From Candidatus Omnitrophota bacterium (lineage in GTDB: Bacteria; Omnitrophota; Gorgyraeia; Gygaellales; Profunditerraquicolaceae): a stretch of DNA of 64,000 bases. Shown here piece after piece: positions 38,367-50,234 of the stretch (position 1 is its first letter; the number at the start of each line of letters is the position of its first letter). The DNA is taken from positions 5,052-69,051 of the forward strand of contig JAPLLR010000014.1 of the NCBI GenBank assembly GCA_026387455.1. Reading direction: 5' to 3'. Under the pieces are notes generated by a model that worked only from the letters and a program-made list of their open reading frames with translations, made no database searches and was not told the DNA's origin. The position numbers were made by a program, and so were the translations under genes.

Positions 38367-38945
38367 TTAATGCATCTCTTCTAAAACGATCCTTCGTAAT
38401 TCTCTTACCGCTCGCTCCAGATTTTTGTTTACAATAGTATAATCGTAATGACGCGAAGTGTTAAGCTCTTCCTTCGCTAGCCTCAAACGCCTGGCTATCT
38501 CTTCCTTCTTGGTCTTCTGACAGCGTTTCTCAATCCGCTGGCGCAGCGTTCTTAGCGAAGGCGGAAGAACGAAAATAGTGACCGAGTTGCGCGGGAAAAG
38601 CCGCTTTACCCTGAGCGCTCCCTTTAAATCCAGACATAAAATAATGCATTTACCCTGCTCCAGCTGCTTACTAACGAAGCCCCTGGACGTTCCATAATAA
38701 TAACCTAAGTATTTCGTCCATTCAAGAATTTCTTTTGCCTTAAGCCTGCGCTTAAAATCCGCATCTTTCAGAAAAAAATAGTCTCGGCCATGCCTTTCCC
38801 TGGAACGCTTCGGCCGGGTGGTAAAAGATACAGACTTGGTGAATTTTCTTTTGAGTGAGGCGTATTCCAGCAGCTTGTCACGTAGCGTTGTCTTACCCGA
38901 TCCCGACGGCCCGGATATGACTAATATTTTGCCCCGTTTATTCAA
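38367..38945 (-). CDS. gmk: Guanylate kinase
   Basis: SGPSGSGKTT, TTRPKR..E..GRDY.F, YYGT. Confidence 0.96.
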   Translation of the reverse strand: MNKRGKILVISGPSGSGKTTLRDKLLEYASLKRKFTKSVSFTTRPKRSRERHGRDYFFLKDADFKRRLKAKEILEWTKYLGYYYGTSRGFVSKQLEQGKCIILCLDLKGALRVKRLFPRNSVTIFVLPPSLRTLRQRIEKRCQKTKKEEIARRLRLAKEELNTSRHYDYTIVNKNLERAVRELRRIVLEEMH

Positions 38946-39765
38946 TGTTCTGCACCTGTTCGCGAATCTTCTCGATCTGACTTTTCATCTCGACCACCGT
39001 GGATGACACCCCTACATCAAAAGATTTGGCGGCCAGAGTGTTTGCCTCGCGCTGCATCTCCTGGGCGATAAAATCCAACTCCTTGCCTACCGGCCCGGAC
39101 TTGGATAGCTTACTCTTAAAATTGCAGATATGAAAAGTAAGCCGGTCTATTTCTTCGGCTACATCGCTTTCTTTCAAAAATGATGTCCTCTCATCATCGG
39201 TCACAAGCGTAGCCAGCTTGGCTTTCACTGCTACTTTATAGCGCTTCTTTATCCCCTCAAGCCTTTGCCACAACATTTGTGCCCGGCTTTTTAAAAAATT
39301 ATGCAAGGCCTGGCCTTCTTTACGCCTGTTCTTAGCCAAATCATCCAGAGAGCCCTTAAGCAAGGTTCTTAAGTGCGGCCAAATACAGGTTTTAGGAAAA
39401 TTATGCTCCTCTAAAGACAACACTCCCGGTAGATGAATCAAGGTATTAATACTAATATCGTCCTTGATGTGAAACTCTTTGCCCATATGCTTAAAAGTGG
39501 TCAGGTAGTTTTTCAACAGCTGTTTATTTACATGCACGTTGCTAGACTTGCTGCCTGAGATATTCACCGCGCAGGTCAGCCTGCCACGCTTGATCTTACC
39601 CTCAACCTCTCCTTTAAATTTATCTTCCAGAGAGAGAAATCCGTCGGGTAAATGAAACACCGCCTCCAGGAACTTATGGTTGGTGCTACGCAGTTCCACT
39701 GATATTTTTCCGAATGGGGCGATCTCTTTTTCCCTGCCGCCGAAACCTGTCATGCTGTTCAACAT
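38938..39765 (-). CDS. YicC/YloC family endoribonuclease
   Basis: SMTGFG, RSTNHKF, GKELDFIAQEMQREANT, EKIREQVQNIE. Confidence 0.93.
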   Translation of the reverse strand: MLNSMTGFGGREKEIAPFGKISVELRSTNHKFLEAVFHLPDGFLSLEDKFKGEVEGKIKRGRLTCAVNISGSKSSNVHVNKQLLKNYLTTFKHMGKEFHIKDDISINTLIHLPGVLSLEEHNFPKTCIWPHLRTLLKGSLDDLAKNRRKEGQALHNFLKSRAQMLWQRLEGIKKRYKVAVKAKLATLVTDDERTSFLKESDVAEEIDRLTFHICNFKSKLSKSGPVGKELDFIAQEMQREANTLAAKSFDVGVSSTVVEMKSQIEKIREQVQNIE

Positions 39766-39769
39766 ATTC

Positions 39770-40273
39770 TTATGCCCACACTTTCTTTTTGTGCTCTTTG
39801 GTCACCATTTCTTTGGTCGGGTACAAATCTACGATAATTTCTTCAGGGTCAAGCCACAGCTTGATCTCGCGCTCCGCCTCTAAGGCATCGCTTGAGACAT
39901 GAATCACGTTTTCATACACTCCGTGAGTGGTGATCCTTCCGTATGAGCCGCGAATGGATGTGGGATCCGCCTCTTCCGGATTAGTGGAGCCAACCAGCTC
40001 CCGACATTTCTTGATCGCGTCATTTCCCCAATAGACCAAGGCCATGACTTTTTTGCGATCATGAAGCTCTCCCTGCAAGTACTTTACCAGCTCGTCGAAA
40101 AACGGCTTATCCTGCAGATGCACATAATGCTCCTTAGCCAACGCCTCGGAAACCCGCACCATCTTCGCCGCCACGATCTCAAGCTTAGTCTCGGAAAGCC
40201 GTGTTAGAATATTTCCGGTCAGCGACTTCTTAAGCCCGTCGGGCTTGATAAGAATCAATGCTGCCTGACTCAT
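39770..40273 (-). CDS. ndk: Nucleoside diphosphate kinase
   Basis: IKPDG, HY..L.DKPFF, G.TNP, SIRG, NVIH.S. Confidence 0.92.
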   Translation of the reverse strand: MSQAALILIKPDGLKKSLTGNILTRLSETKLEIVAAKMVRVSEALAKEHYVHLQDKPFFDELVKYLQGELHDRKKVMALVYWGNDAIKKCRELVGSTNPEEADPTSIRGSYGRITTHGVYENVIHVSSDALEAEREIKLWLDPEEIIVDLYPTKEMVTKEHKKKVWA

Positions 40274-41130
40274 TTAATTCCCCCTCTGATAATATTAGTA
40301 ATACGTTCCAAATCTTCCTGTGAATAGAATTCGATCACGATGTGCCCGCGTTTTTTGCGCTTGGCAATACGCACCTTGGTCGCCAGCGCATGCTGAAGCG
40401 CTTCCTCTAGTACCGCAACCACCGGTTCCCGCTGCACAGAAGCTCCGGCCTTACGCTTTATCCCGACGGGCCTGCGAGTCTTGATCAGGCTTTCCAGTTC
40501 CCGCACTGACAAACCCTTAGAAATGATCTCCTGCGCGAATTTTCTCTGCAGGTTAATATCTTCGATCTCGATCAGCGCCCGGCCATGCCCATAGCTGATA
40601 CGACCGTTCTTAATTTCCATCTGGATCTCATGAGGAAGTTTCAAAAGCCGCATGGTGTTGGAAATAGTCACCCGGGCTTTTCCTAAGACTTCACTCATAG
40701 CTTCCTGAGTCATGTGAAATTTTTCCATCAAGTGCTGATAAGCACGGGCTTCTTCGATGGGGTTTAATCCCTGGCGCTGAATATTCTCGATTAGCGCGAT
40801 CTCTAAGGAATCAACATCCTCCACGTTTCTTACCAGAATTGGTATCTCTTTGAGCCCCAATGATTTAGCAGCACGCAAGCGTCTCTCTCCGGCGATTAAT
40901 TCGAATTTATCGCCTGAACGCCTGACTAACAACGGTTGAATCACGCCCTTTTCACGGATGGATTGCGCCAGCTCCTGAATGCTGGCCTCGTCAAAATCTT
41001 CGCGCGGCTGAAAAGGATTCGGCCGAATCTGCTCGGCGGAAACATAAAGAACTTCTTCCTTATGCTCAACCTCCTGCTTCTGAGGTATCAACGCGCCAAT
41101 ACCTTTTCCTAAAGCTCTACGCTGTTCCAT
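40270..41130 (-). CDS. parB: Chromosome partitioning protein ParB
   Basis: LGKG, NPFQPR, IAGERRLRA, ENIQR. Confidence 0.96.
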   Translation of the reverse strand: MEQRRALGKGIGALIPQKQEVEHKEEVLYVSAEQIRPNPFQPREDFDEASIQELAQSIREKGVIQPLLVRRSGDKFELIAGERRLRAAKSLGLKEIPILVRNVEDVDSLEIALIENIQRQGLNPIEEARAYQHLMEKFHMTQEAMSEVLGKARVTISNTMRLLKLPHEIQMEIKNGRISYGHGRALIEIEDINLQRKFAQEIISKGLSVRELESLIKTRRPVGIKRKAGASVQREPVVAVLEEALQHALATKVRIAKRKKRGHIVIEFYSQEDLERITNIIRGGIK

Positions 41131-41299
41131 AACTTAATCTCCTTAATGAGGCCACACTTTATGGAACCCTTAGATGGGTGACATAAGGCCCTTCCTATAC
41201 CTTTTAGGGAAGGGGCTAACCCCGAAGCCTTGGTCAAAATTACGAAGTCCCCGAAGGGGGACGAAGAGAATTTTGACCAGCTTAGGCGAGGGGTCAATT

Positions 41300-42088
41300 T
41301 CACTCCGGCAATATATTGCTTGGCGTAACTGGCATACCCAAAATTTCTTTACAAAGCTCCTCATATTTTTGCGCACCCAGCGAATCTTTGTCATATAATA
41401 CAATTGGTTTCCCAAAGCTGGGCGATTCCGTCAAGCGAATATTGCGCGGGATCACACTCTGATAAACCTTGTCTTTAAAATGGCCGCGCACTTCCTGGAT
41501 CACTTCTTTAGTGAGATTAGTTCTAAAGTCCGCCATAGTCAAAAGCACGCCCTCCACCTCTAGGCCTGTATTAATATTGTCCTTCACAAGTCTAATGGTA
41601 TTATGGAGTTGTGTTAATCCTTCCAGAGCATAATATTCGCACTGCACCGGTATTATTACTGAGTCCGCGGCACCCAAACCATTAATAGTCAGCAATCCGA
41701 ATGACGGCGGAGAATCAATGATGATGAAATCAAAATTCTCTCGATCTTTTTGCAGTGCGCGTTTTAATCTATACTCGCGGCCCAAGGCCCCAACTAATTC
41801 CACTTCCGCTCCAGTCAAATCGAGATTCGCCGGGGCTAATAAAAGATTGGGTATAGCTGTGGATTGGAGTATACTTTGGATCTCCTGTTCTTCCAGGAGA
41901 ACATGGTAAGTGCTTTTTTGGACATTGTGTTTATTGATCCCCATTCCGCTGGTGGCATTAGCCTGAGGATCCAAATCAATAAGCATGACTTTCTTACCAA
42001 GGACAGCCAGATAGCTAGCGATATTTATCGCCGAGGTGGTTTTACCTGTACCGCCCTTCTGGTTACAAATCGATATTATTTTACCCAT
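41300..42088 (-). CDS. parA: Chromosome partitioning ATPase ParA/Soj
   Basis: NQKGGTGKTT, DLDPQAN, QCEYYALEG. Confidence 0.96.
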   Translation of the reverse strand: MGKIISICNQKGGTGKTTSAINIASYLAVLGKKVMLIDLDPQANATSGMGINKHNVQKSTYHVLLEEQEIQSILQSTAIPNLLLAPANLDLTGAEVELVGALGREYRLKRALQKDRENFDFIIIDSPPSFGLLTINGLGAADSVIIPVQCEYYALEGLTQLHNTIRLVKDNINTGLEVEGVLLTMADFRTNLTKEVIQEVRGHFKDKVYQSVIPRNIRLTESPSFGKPIVLYDKDSLGAQKYEELCKEILGMPVTPSNILPE

Positions 42089-42110
42089 TGCAATTTATCA
42101 GGTTACGCAA

Positions 42111-42126
42111 TGTTCCACGTGAAAAT
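42111..42126. promoter_or_regulatory. parS centromere-like site
   Basis: TGTTCCACGTGAAAAT versus consensus TGTTNCACGTGAAACA (2 mismatches), just upstream of parA near oriC. Confidence 0.65.
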
Positions 42127-42179
42127 CCGCCTCATTTGCCTAGATTTATTATCCTAAAAAATCTGTTCTTGTCAAGAAT

Positions 42180-42365
42180 TTATTTCAGGGTAACCCGCAC
42201 TTTTGCCGGCTTTGCGCCAGGCATGCCAAACAATCCCTTTTTCTCTTCGGAGAGCACTTCTATCTTCACCTTGTTACGTGGAAGCTGTAAATCGCTTAGG
42301 GCTGCCTTTACCGCCTCTTCAACAGTCTTACCTTCAATTTCAATACTCATTTTTCTCTTTCTCAT
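42180..42365 (-). CDS. Jag N-terminal domain only protein
   Basis: EGKTVEEAV..AL..L, KGLFG..G.KPAKVRV, then stop; follows yidC. Confidence 0.85.
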   Translation of the reverse strand: MRKRKMSIEIEGKTVEEAVKAALSDLQLPRNKVKIEVLSEEKKGLFGMPGAKPAKVRVTLK

Positions 42366-42367
42366 CC

Positions 42368-43915
42368 CTACCTTGCGCGCATGATTTTAAATTGATAGGC
42401 CATCATCAGCGTACTGTTCACTACCCAGTACAACACCAGGCCAGCCGGCAAATGATAGAAAAATACCAAAAACATTATCGGCATAGCTATCATCATAATC
42501 TTCTGCTGCTGAGCAGTGCTGGAATCGCTACACTGTTTCACAGTGGACATTTTTTGCTGTAGAAACATTCCTATGGTCATCAATATCGGCAGTATATTAA
42601 TTTCATTTCCCAAAACAGGAATTGACTGCGGCAATTTAAACAGGCAATCCGGCATAGATAGATCCTTGATCCAAAGGAACTCAGCACCCCGTAAAGCTAC
42701 CGAACGCATCAGCACCTGATATAATGCAAACAATATGGGCATCTGCAAAAGCATGGGTAAGCAACCGCCCAAAGGATTAACTTTATGCTCCTTATAAAGC
42801 GCCAAGGTTTCCTGGTTCAGCTTTTGAGGATTATCTTTATACTTCTTGCGCAACTCCTCTATCTTTGGTTGCAGAATTTGCATCTCTTTCATAGAGCGCA
42901 TTTGTTTAAGAGTAAGCGGAAAGAGCACCAGAAAAACCAGTACGCTAAGAAGTATAATCGCCCAACCCCAGTTACCCACCAAACGCTGGACAAACTCTAA
43001 ACTCTTAAGGATTGCTTGGCCAAAGAAATCAAATATTCCGTAATTTATTACTGCACCCCAATCCCGATTTACACCGTTAATAACCTGCAACTGTTGTGGG
43101 CCCAAATAGATATGAAATTTAAGCTTAAGTGGAAGCCCGGGCGCTGCGATTAGATCTTTTAAAGTCAAACCAACCTCAGACTCTTGTGCGCTAAGCTTAC
43201 GCACATAGGCTCCGGTGTTACCGTCAACCCTCTCTATAATAGCGCAGAAATACCGGTCGCGCACTGCCAAAAACTTTACCTTATCCCAAGACATTTCCTT
43301 TTTGCCGTTTTCTTGCAGCACTTTCTCATTCGTCGCAGCTGTAACATTCAAATAAGTAGTATCAATAGATTTTGGAGTAAAATCTAAAACCCCCAAAATC
43401 AAAGGCAGGTCCAGCTTAATAGGGGCTCCAGAATTATTCTGAACTTCAATCTCTAAATCTATAGTATAATTAGAGTTAGAAAAGATATACTTCTTAGTGA
43501 TCAGTAGTTCTCTGTCCTTGTGAATAAAAGTCGCGGTGTTAGCAGTAAAAAGCTCTTTTCTAAAAGCCCCCTTGCCAACCAAAGCAAATGCCGACTTTAA
43601 ATTATATTTATAATCTTGAAAAACTTTGAAATTAACATCTTTTATGGCCGATAATTCTTCAATAAAATCTACATCAAATTTTTCCTGGGGAAAATTAATC
43701 AGGGTGGAGGGAGCAGATTGGACAGGTGCCGAGGTTCCCGCAGGCACTTGCGCAGGTGCTTCTGCAACTATGGTTCTTACGGCCTCGCTGCCTCCAGCAG
43801 CAATATTTGCTACAACCTGTTGGCTCACAGGCTTTTGCGTCTTAGATACCAATGTGCCCCAACCAACTAAAACCGCTAAAGATAAAACTACTGCTAAAAA
43901 TAAACGTTTTTCCAT
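42368..43915 (-). CDS. yidC: Membrane protein insertase YidC
   Basis: GNWGWAII, NPLGGCLP.LLQMP, LWIKDLS, GLVLYW. Confidence 0.96.
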   Translation of the reverse strand: MEKRLFLAVVLSLAVLVGWGTLVSKTQKPVSQQVVANIAAGGSEAVRTIVAEAPAQVPAGTSAPVQSAPSTLINFPQEKFDVDFIEELSAIKDVNFKVFQDYKYNLKSAFALVGKGAFRKELFTANTATFIHKDRELLITKKYIFSNSNYTIDLEIEVQNNSGAPIKLDLPLILGVLDFTPKSIDTTYLNVTAATNEKVLQENGKKEMSWDKVKFLAVRDRYFCAIIERVDGNTGAYVRKLSAQESEVGLTLKDLIAAPGLPLKLKFHIYLGPQQLQVINGVNRDWGAVINYGIFDFFGQAILKSLEFVQRLVGNWGWAIILLSVLVFLVLFPLTLKQMRSMKEMQILQPKIEELRKKYKDNPQKLNQETLALYKEHKVNPLGGCLPMLLQMPILFALYQVLMRSVALRGAEFLWIKDLSMPDCLFKLPQSIPVLGNEINILPILMTIGMFLQQKMSTVKQCSDSSTAQQQKIMMIAMPIMFLVFFYHLPAGLVLYWVVNSTLMMAYQFKIMRAR

Positions 43916-43918
43916 AGG

Positions 43919-44134
43919 TTAATTTACCGGGTCAAACCCGGTTCTTCCCGAATAGGGATGGCAATGCATCAGCCTGACAAAAGCCTTAAAACCACCCCTG
44001 TAAAAGCCGTATTTTGAGATAGCTTGCAAAGCGAACTCAGAACAGGAGGGATTAAACCGGCAGGCGACCGGCATCATATGCCTGATCGACCCCTGATACA
44101 CGCGGATCAATAAAATGGAGAGTTTCGCCAGCAT
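43919..44134 (-). CDS. yidD: Membrane protein insertion efficiency factor YidD
   Basis: CRF.PSCSEF, RL.HCHP, GFDPV. Confidence 0.93.
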   Translation of the reverse strand: MLAKLSILLIRVYQGSIRHMMPVACRFNPSCSEFALQAISKYGFYRGGFKAFVRLMHCHPYSGRTGFDPVN

Positions 44135-44271
44135 CAGCGAGAGATTCTTTTACGGCCTTTTTGACGGCGGCGCCTCAAAACTTCCCTACCGAGACGACTT
44201 TTCATACGCTTGCGAAACCCATGCTTACGCTTACCGACAATATTTGTCGGCGTCTTTAAATTTTTCTTCAT
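44134..44271 (-). CDS. rpmH: 50S ribosomal protein L34
   Basis: Manual translation MKKNLKTPTNIVGKRKHGFRKRMKSRLGREVLRRRRQKGRKRISR; divergent from dnaA. Confidence 0.92.
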   Translation of the reverse strand: MKKNLKTPTNIVGKRKHGFRKRMKSRLGREVLRRRRQKGRKRISR

Positions 44272-44384
44272 GCTTTTGCTTTCTGCCTGCCGAAAACAGG
44301 CGTAATAGTGTAAAAACCCGCCGGAAAGACTTTCCCGACGGGAAAATGGGCGTCTTGCCCTTTACAAATTCCAAAAGTTTATTG

Positions 44385-44412
44385 ATTATAACATAACGTC
44401 GCACGATGTCAA
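44385..44412 (-). promoter_or_regulatory. rpmH promoter
   Basis: TTGACA-16 nt-TATAAT with extended -10 TG. Confidence 0.65.
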
Positions 44413-44460
44413 CACTTACGTGCGTAAATAAATCCAAACTTCGGCGAGTAAAAATTTTTG

Positions 44461-44488
44461 TTGACCTACTACAGGTTTGATGTATAAT
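44461..44488 (+). promoter_or_regulatory. dnaA promoter
   Basis: TTGACC-16 nt-TATAAT. Confidence 0.6.
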
Positions 44489-44589
44489 GCCAAGGCTTAA
44501 GCATACAATTGTTACCGCCTTCTATAAATTTTATCTTGCTCTTAGTTATGTTTTGTGTTAACGTAGTAACAATAATTTAACCCTTTTGA

Positions 44590-44631
44590 TTTTCCACAGA
44601 GTTATTCAAGATGTGGATAAGTTGTGGATAG
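44590..44631. promoter_or_regulatory. DnaA-box cluster (oriC, upstream part)
   Basis: TTTTCCACA, TTATTCAAG, TGTGGATAA (perfect), TGTGGATAG; gene strand bias flips here. Confidence 0.8.
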
Positions 44632-44638
44632 CCCGAAC

Positions 44639-45979
44639 ATGCCTGAAACCATCAAGACCTGGCAACTAGCGCAGGCCTGCCTTAAAGATAAATTAGGAAC
44701 AACGGTTTTTGATACCTGGATTGCGCCCCTCAAGGCGAAATCCGTGGCCCAGAACTCTCTTACCTTGGAAGCGCCCGATACTTTTTTTAAAGACTGGGTG
44801 GAAAAACACTACCGCCCGGCAATAGAAGAAAGCCTTGGTAGTTGCGGGGCAAAGAAAAAAATCACCCTGACCCTGGAAATCGGCTCTCCGGAAAAAATCA
44901 CTCCCGAAAAAATCTCTATTTCCGCTAGCCCGGCTAAAACTCATGAGAGCTTTGGGTATTTAAAATTAAACCCACGCTATACTTTTGAAAATTTCGTAGT
45001 CGGGCCATCGAACCGCCACGCCCACGCTTATTGCCTGGCCACCGCGGAGTCTCCGGCCAAAGCTTATAACCCTTTATTTATTTACGGCTCAACCGGCCTT
45101 GGCAAAACTCACCTGATCCAATCAGTCTGCCATCATATCAAAAATAAAGTGGGCGGGAATTTAAAAATCTGCTATCAGCCTTCAGAAAAATTCACTAACG
45201 AGCTTATTGACGCTATCCAACACCATTCAACCGCGGCCTTCCGCCAGAAATACCGCAACCTCGATGTGCTGGTTTTAGACGATATACATTTTATCGCCGG
45301 TAAGAATTCCTCACAGGAGGAGTTTTTCCACACCTTCAACACCCTTTACGACGCGCACAAGCAGATAATTCTTTCCTCCGACCGGCCACCCAAAGAAATC
45401 GCCGATCTACAAGAACGCCTGGTTTCCCGCTTCGGGTGGGGATTAGCTGTGGATGTCCAGCCGCCGGACCTTGAAACGAGGGTAGCGATCCTGAAAAAAA
45501 AGATTGAGCGGGAGCCGGTCAGTGTACCAGACGATGTGATATTTTTTATCGCCGGGTTAATCTTGACTAATATCCGAGACCTAGAAGGCGCACTGGTCAG
45601 AGTTATGGCCTACTCTTTAATGGAAGAAAAACCCATCACTTTAGATTTAGCTAAAGAAGCACTAAAAGATTTATTGAAAGAAACTAAAAAATTTATCACT
45701 GTGGATTTCATCCAACGCTGTGTTGCGGAAGAATTCGGGATATCTTTACACGACCTAAAAGCCCGGCGCAGGAATAAAAATATTGTGCTTCCCCGCCAAA
45801 TCGCCATGTATTTGAGCCGGGAAATGACGGATCTTTCCCTACCCGAGATAGGGAATTATTTCGGCGGTAAGGATCATACCACGGTTTTATACTCTTATAC
45901 TAAGATAAAAGGTGAGTTGATTAAAAACGGAACGCTTAAAGAACGTATGGAAGGAATACGACAGATTATTAAACAGTAA
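44639..45979 (+). CDS. dnaA: Chromosomal replication initiator DnaA
   Basis: YTFENFVVG, NPLFIYG..GLGKTHL, DDIHF, GGKDHTTV; ATG 44639 preferred to GTG 44624. Confidence 0.97.
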   Translation: MPETIKTWQLAQACLKDKLGTTVFDTWIAPLKAKSVAQNSLTLEAPDTFFKDWVEKHYRPAIEESLGSCGAKKKITLTLEIGSPEKITPEKISISASPAKTHESFGYLKLNPRYTFENFVVGPSNRHAHAYCLATAESPAKAYNPLFIYGSTGLGKTHLIQSVCHHIKNKVGGNLKICYQPSEKFTNELIDAIQHHSTAAFRQKYRNLDVLVLDDIHFIAGKNSSQEEFFHTFNTLYDAHKQIILSSDRPPKEIADLQERLVSRFGWGLAVDVQPPDLETRVAILKKKIEREPVSVPDDVIFFIAGLILTNIRDLEGALVRVMAYSLMEEKPITLDLAKEALKDLLKETKKFITVDFIQRCVAEEFGISLHDLKARRRNKNIVLPRQIAMYLSREMTDLSLPEIGNYFGGKDHTTVLYSYTKIKGELIKNGTLKERMEGIRQIIKQ

Positions 45980-46105
45980 TCCAAAGGTTACTTAAAGGTT
46001 ATTTTTTAGTTAAGTATAGTGAATTTATTCAAGTTATAAAGTTTTTAACAGAACTGTAACCTAATTACTACTATTACGATTTAAGTATCTTTATACTAAA
46101 TAGAA
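45980..46105. other. Probable oriC unwinding region (dnaA-dnaN spacer)
   Basis: AT-rich; degenerate boxes TTATTCAAG and TTTTTAACA followed by TAC-TAC-TAT-TAC DnaA-trio-like run. Confidence 0.6.
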
Positions 46106-46118
46106 GGAGAAAGAAAAG

Positions 46119-47210
46119 ATGAAATTTAATGTAAAAAAAGATGTTTTATTAAATGGGATTCAGACTGTACAAAACGTAATCACCACAAAATCCGCGTTAC
46201 CCATACTTTCCCATATACTTATAGAAACCTATCAAGATAAGCTAAAATTGACCGCTACGGATTTAGATATAGGGATAAGTTGTGTAATACCTGTGAATGT
46301 CCAAGAACCTGGAGCGATTACAATTCCGGCAAAAAGATTTAATGATATTATTAGAGAGTTACCGGGGGATCAAGTAAATATAACTACTAAAAAGAATAAT
46401 CTAGTGACCATAGAGACAGAGAGTTGCCAGTTTAAGATTATGGGTTTGGCGCGGGAGGAGTTTCCTAAATTACCAGAGTTTAAAGATAAAGAAGTGGTGG
46501 TGATGGGGCAGGATGTTTTAAAAGAAATGTTGGTTTTAACTTCTTTTGCCGCATCATTTGATGAAACACGGTATATTTTAAACGGTATATTATTTAGAAT
46601 TAATAAAAATGTTTTGACTCTAGTGGCTACTGACGGAAAGCGTTTGGCAGTTATAGATAGAAAAATCAGCCAGGGTATTGATAAGGACATAAGCTTAATT
46701 GTTCCTATAAAAACTATTCATGAGTTAGGTAGGAATCTGACCGAGGATGGGGACATATCTATTGTCTTAGGGGCGAATCAAGTGTTATTTGAAATGGGCG
46801 AGATTGTGGTGATTTCCCGCTTGATTGAAGGAGAATTTCCAGATTATAAACAGGTTGTTCCCGCGGCTTCAGAAAATAAGGTAAAGGTTGACCGCACGCA
46901 GTTTTTATTGGCGGTAAAACGTGCGGCATTATTATCTACCCCGGATTATCAGGCAGTAAAATTCGAGGTCTTTAAGAACAAGTTGGTGGTTTCCAAATCC
47001 ACTCCGGACATTGGAGAATCACATGAAGAGGTGGCTATAGAATATTCTGGTAAAGAAATGGTGATTGGCTTTAACCCTGGTTACCTGGTCGATGTTTTGA
47101 AAAACTTGGCGCTTGATACGGTAGAGCTTGAACTTACTGATGGGGAGAAGCCTGGGGTGATACGCAGCAATGGGTATGTGTATGTTGTGTTGCCTATGCG
47201 ACTTGGATAA
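46119..47210 (+). CDS. dnaN: DNA polymerase III beta clamp
   Basis: LPILS.IL, ATDLD, VATDGKRL, G.FPDY, GFNP.YL, LPMR. Confidence 0.97.
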   Translation: MKFNVKKDVLLNGIQTVQNVITTKSALPILSHILIETYQDKLKLTATDLDIGISCVIPVNVQEPGAITIPAKRFNDIIRELPGDQVNITTKKNNLVTIETESCQFKIMGLAREEFPKLPEFKDKEVVVMGQDVLKEMLVLTSFAASFDETRYILNGILFRINKNVLTLVATDGKRLAVIDRKISQGIDKDISLIVPIKTIHELGRNLTEDGDISIVLGANQVLFEMGEIVVISRLIEGEFPDYKQVVPAASENKVKVDRTQFLLAVKRAALLSTPDYQAVKFEVFKNKLVVSKSTPDIGESHEEVAIEYSGKEMVIGFNPGYLVDVLKNLALDTVELELTDGEKPGVIRSNGYVYVVLPMRLG

Positions 47211-47326
47211 GTGAGTGTACAATTTATGGAACAAAGTGAACATAAATTGTTTGCACGAACTTACCCCGAAGGCTACGAGAAAATTTTGAAGAAATTTTCG
47301 AAGTGTTTAGCCTACGGGGTTGAATA

Positions 47327-47614
47327 ATGGAACGGATCAAGGATACTCTTCAGAGCGTTTTTAAGGAATTGGTTGCCAAAAAAGACTCTCCGGGAGGCAA
47401 TACTCCTGAGGATTGGTTAAAAAAAGCCTTGACAAAGAGAGAGCTTGAGCATATAAAGTTTAATTATTTCCGTAAAGGTATCCTCGGGGTCAAGGTGGAT
47501 TCCTCAAGCTGGGTTTACAAGTTCACTTTGGATAAGGCCAAGATACTTGCTAAGCTGCAAAAGTGCTCAGCCGAAGTTAAGGATATTCATTTTCGTATCG
47601 GAGAAGTGACATAA
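47327..47614 (+). CDS. DciA/DUF721 family protein
   Basis: G.L.V.VDSSSW, terminal I.FRIG; position between dnaN and gyrB. Confidence 0.75.
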   Translation: MERIKDTLQSVFKELVAKKDSPGGNTPEDWLKKALTKRELEHIKFNYFRKGILGVKVDSSSWVYKFTLDKAKILAKLQKCSAEVKDIHFRIGEVT

Positions 47615-50233
<2,619 letters not shown>

Positions 50234-50234
50234 T

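Noticed and set aside
42271-42286. Second parS-like sequence TTGTTACGTGGAAGCT within the Jag_N gene
   Set aside because: Too many mismatches to the palindrome
6014-44396. Many plus-strand ORFs antisense to housekeeping genes, and minus-strand ones beyond dnaA such as 62668..63507
   Set aside because: Shadow frames of well-supported genes with no motifs or ribosome-binding sites
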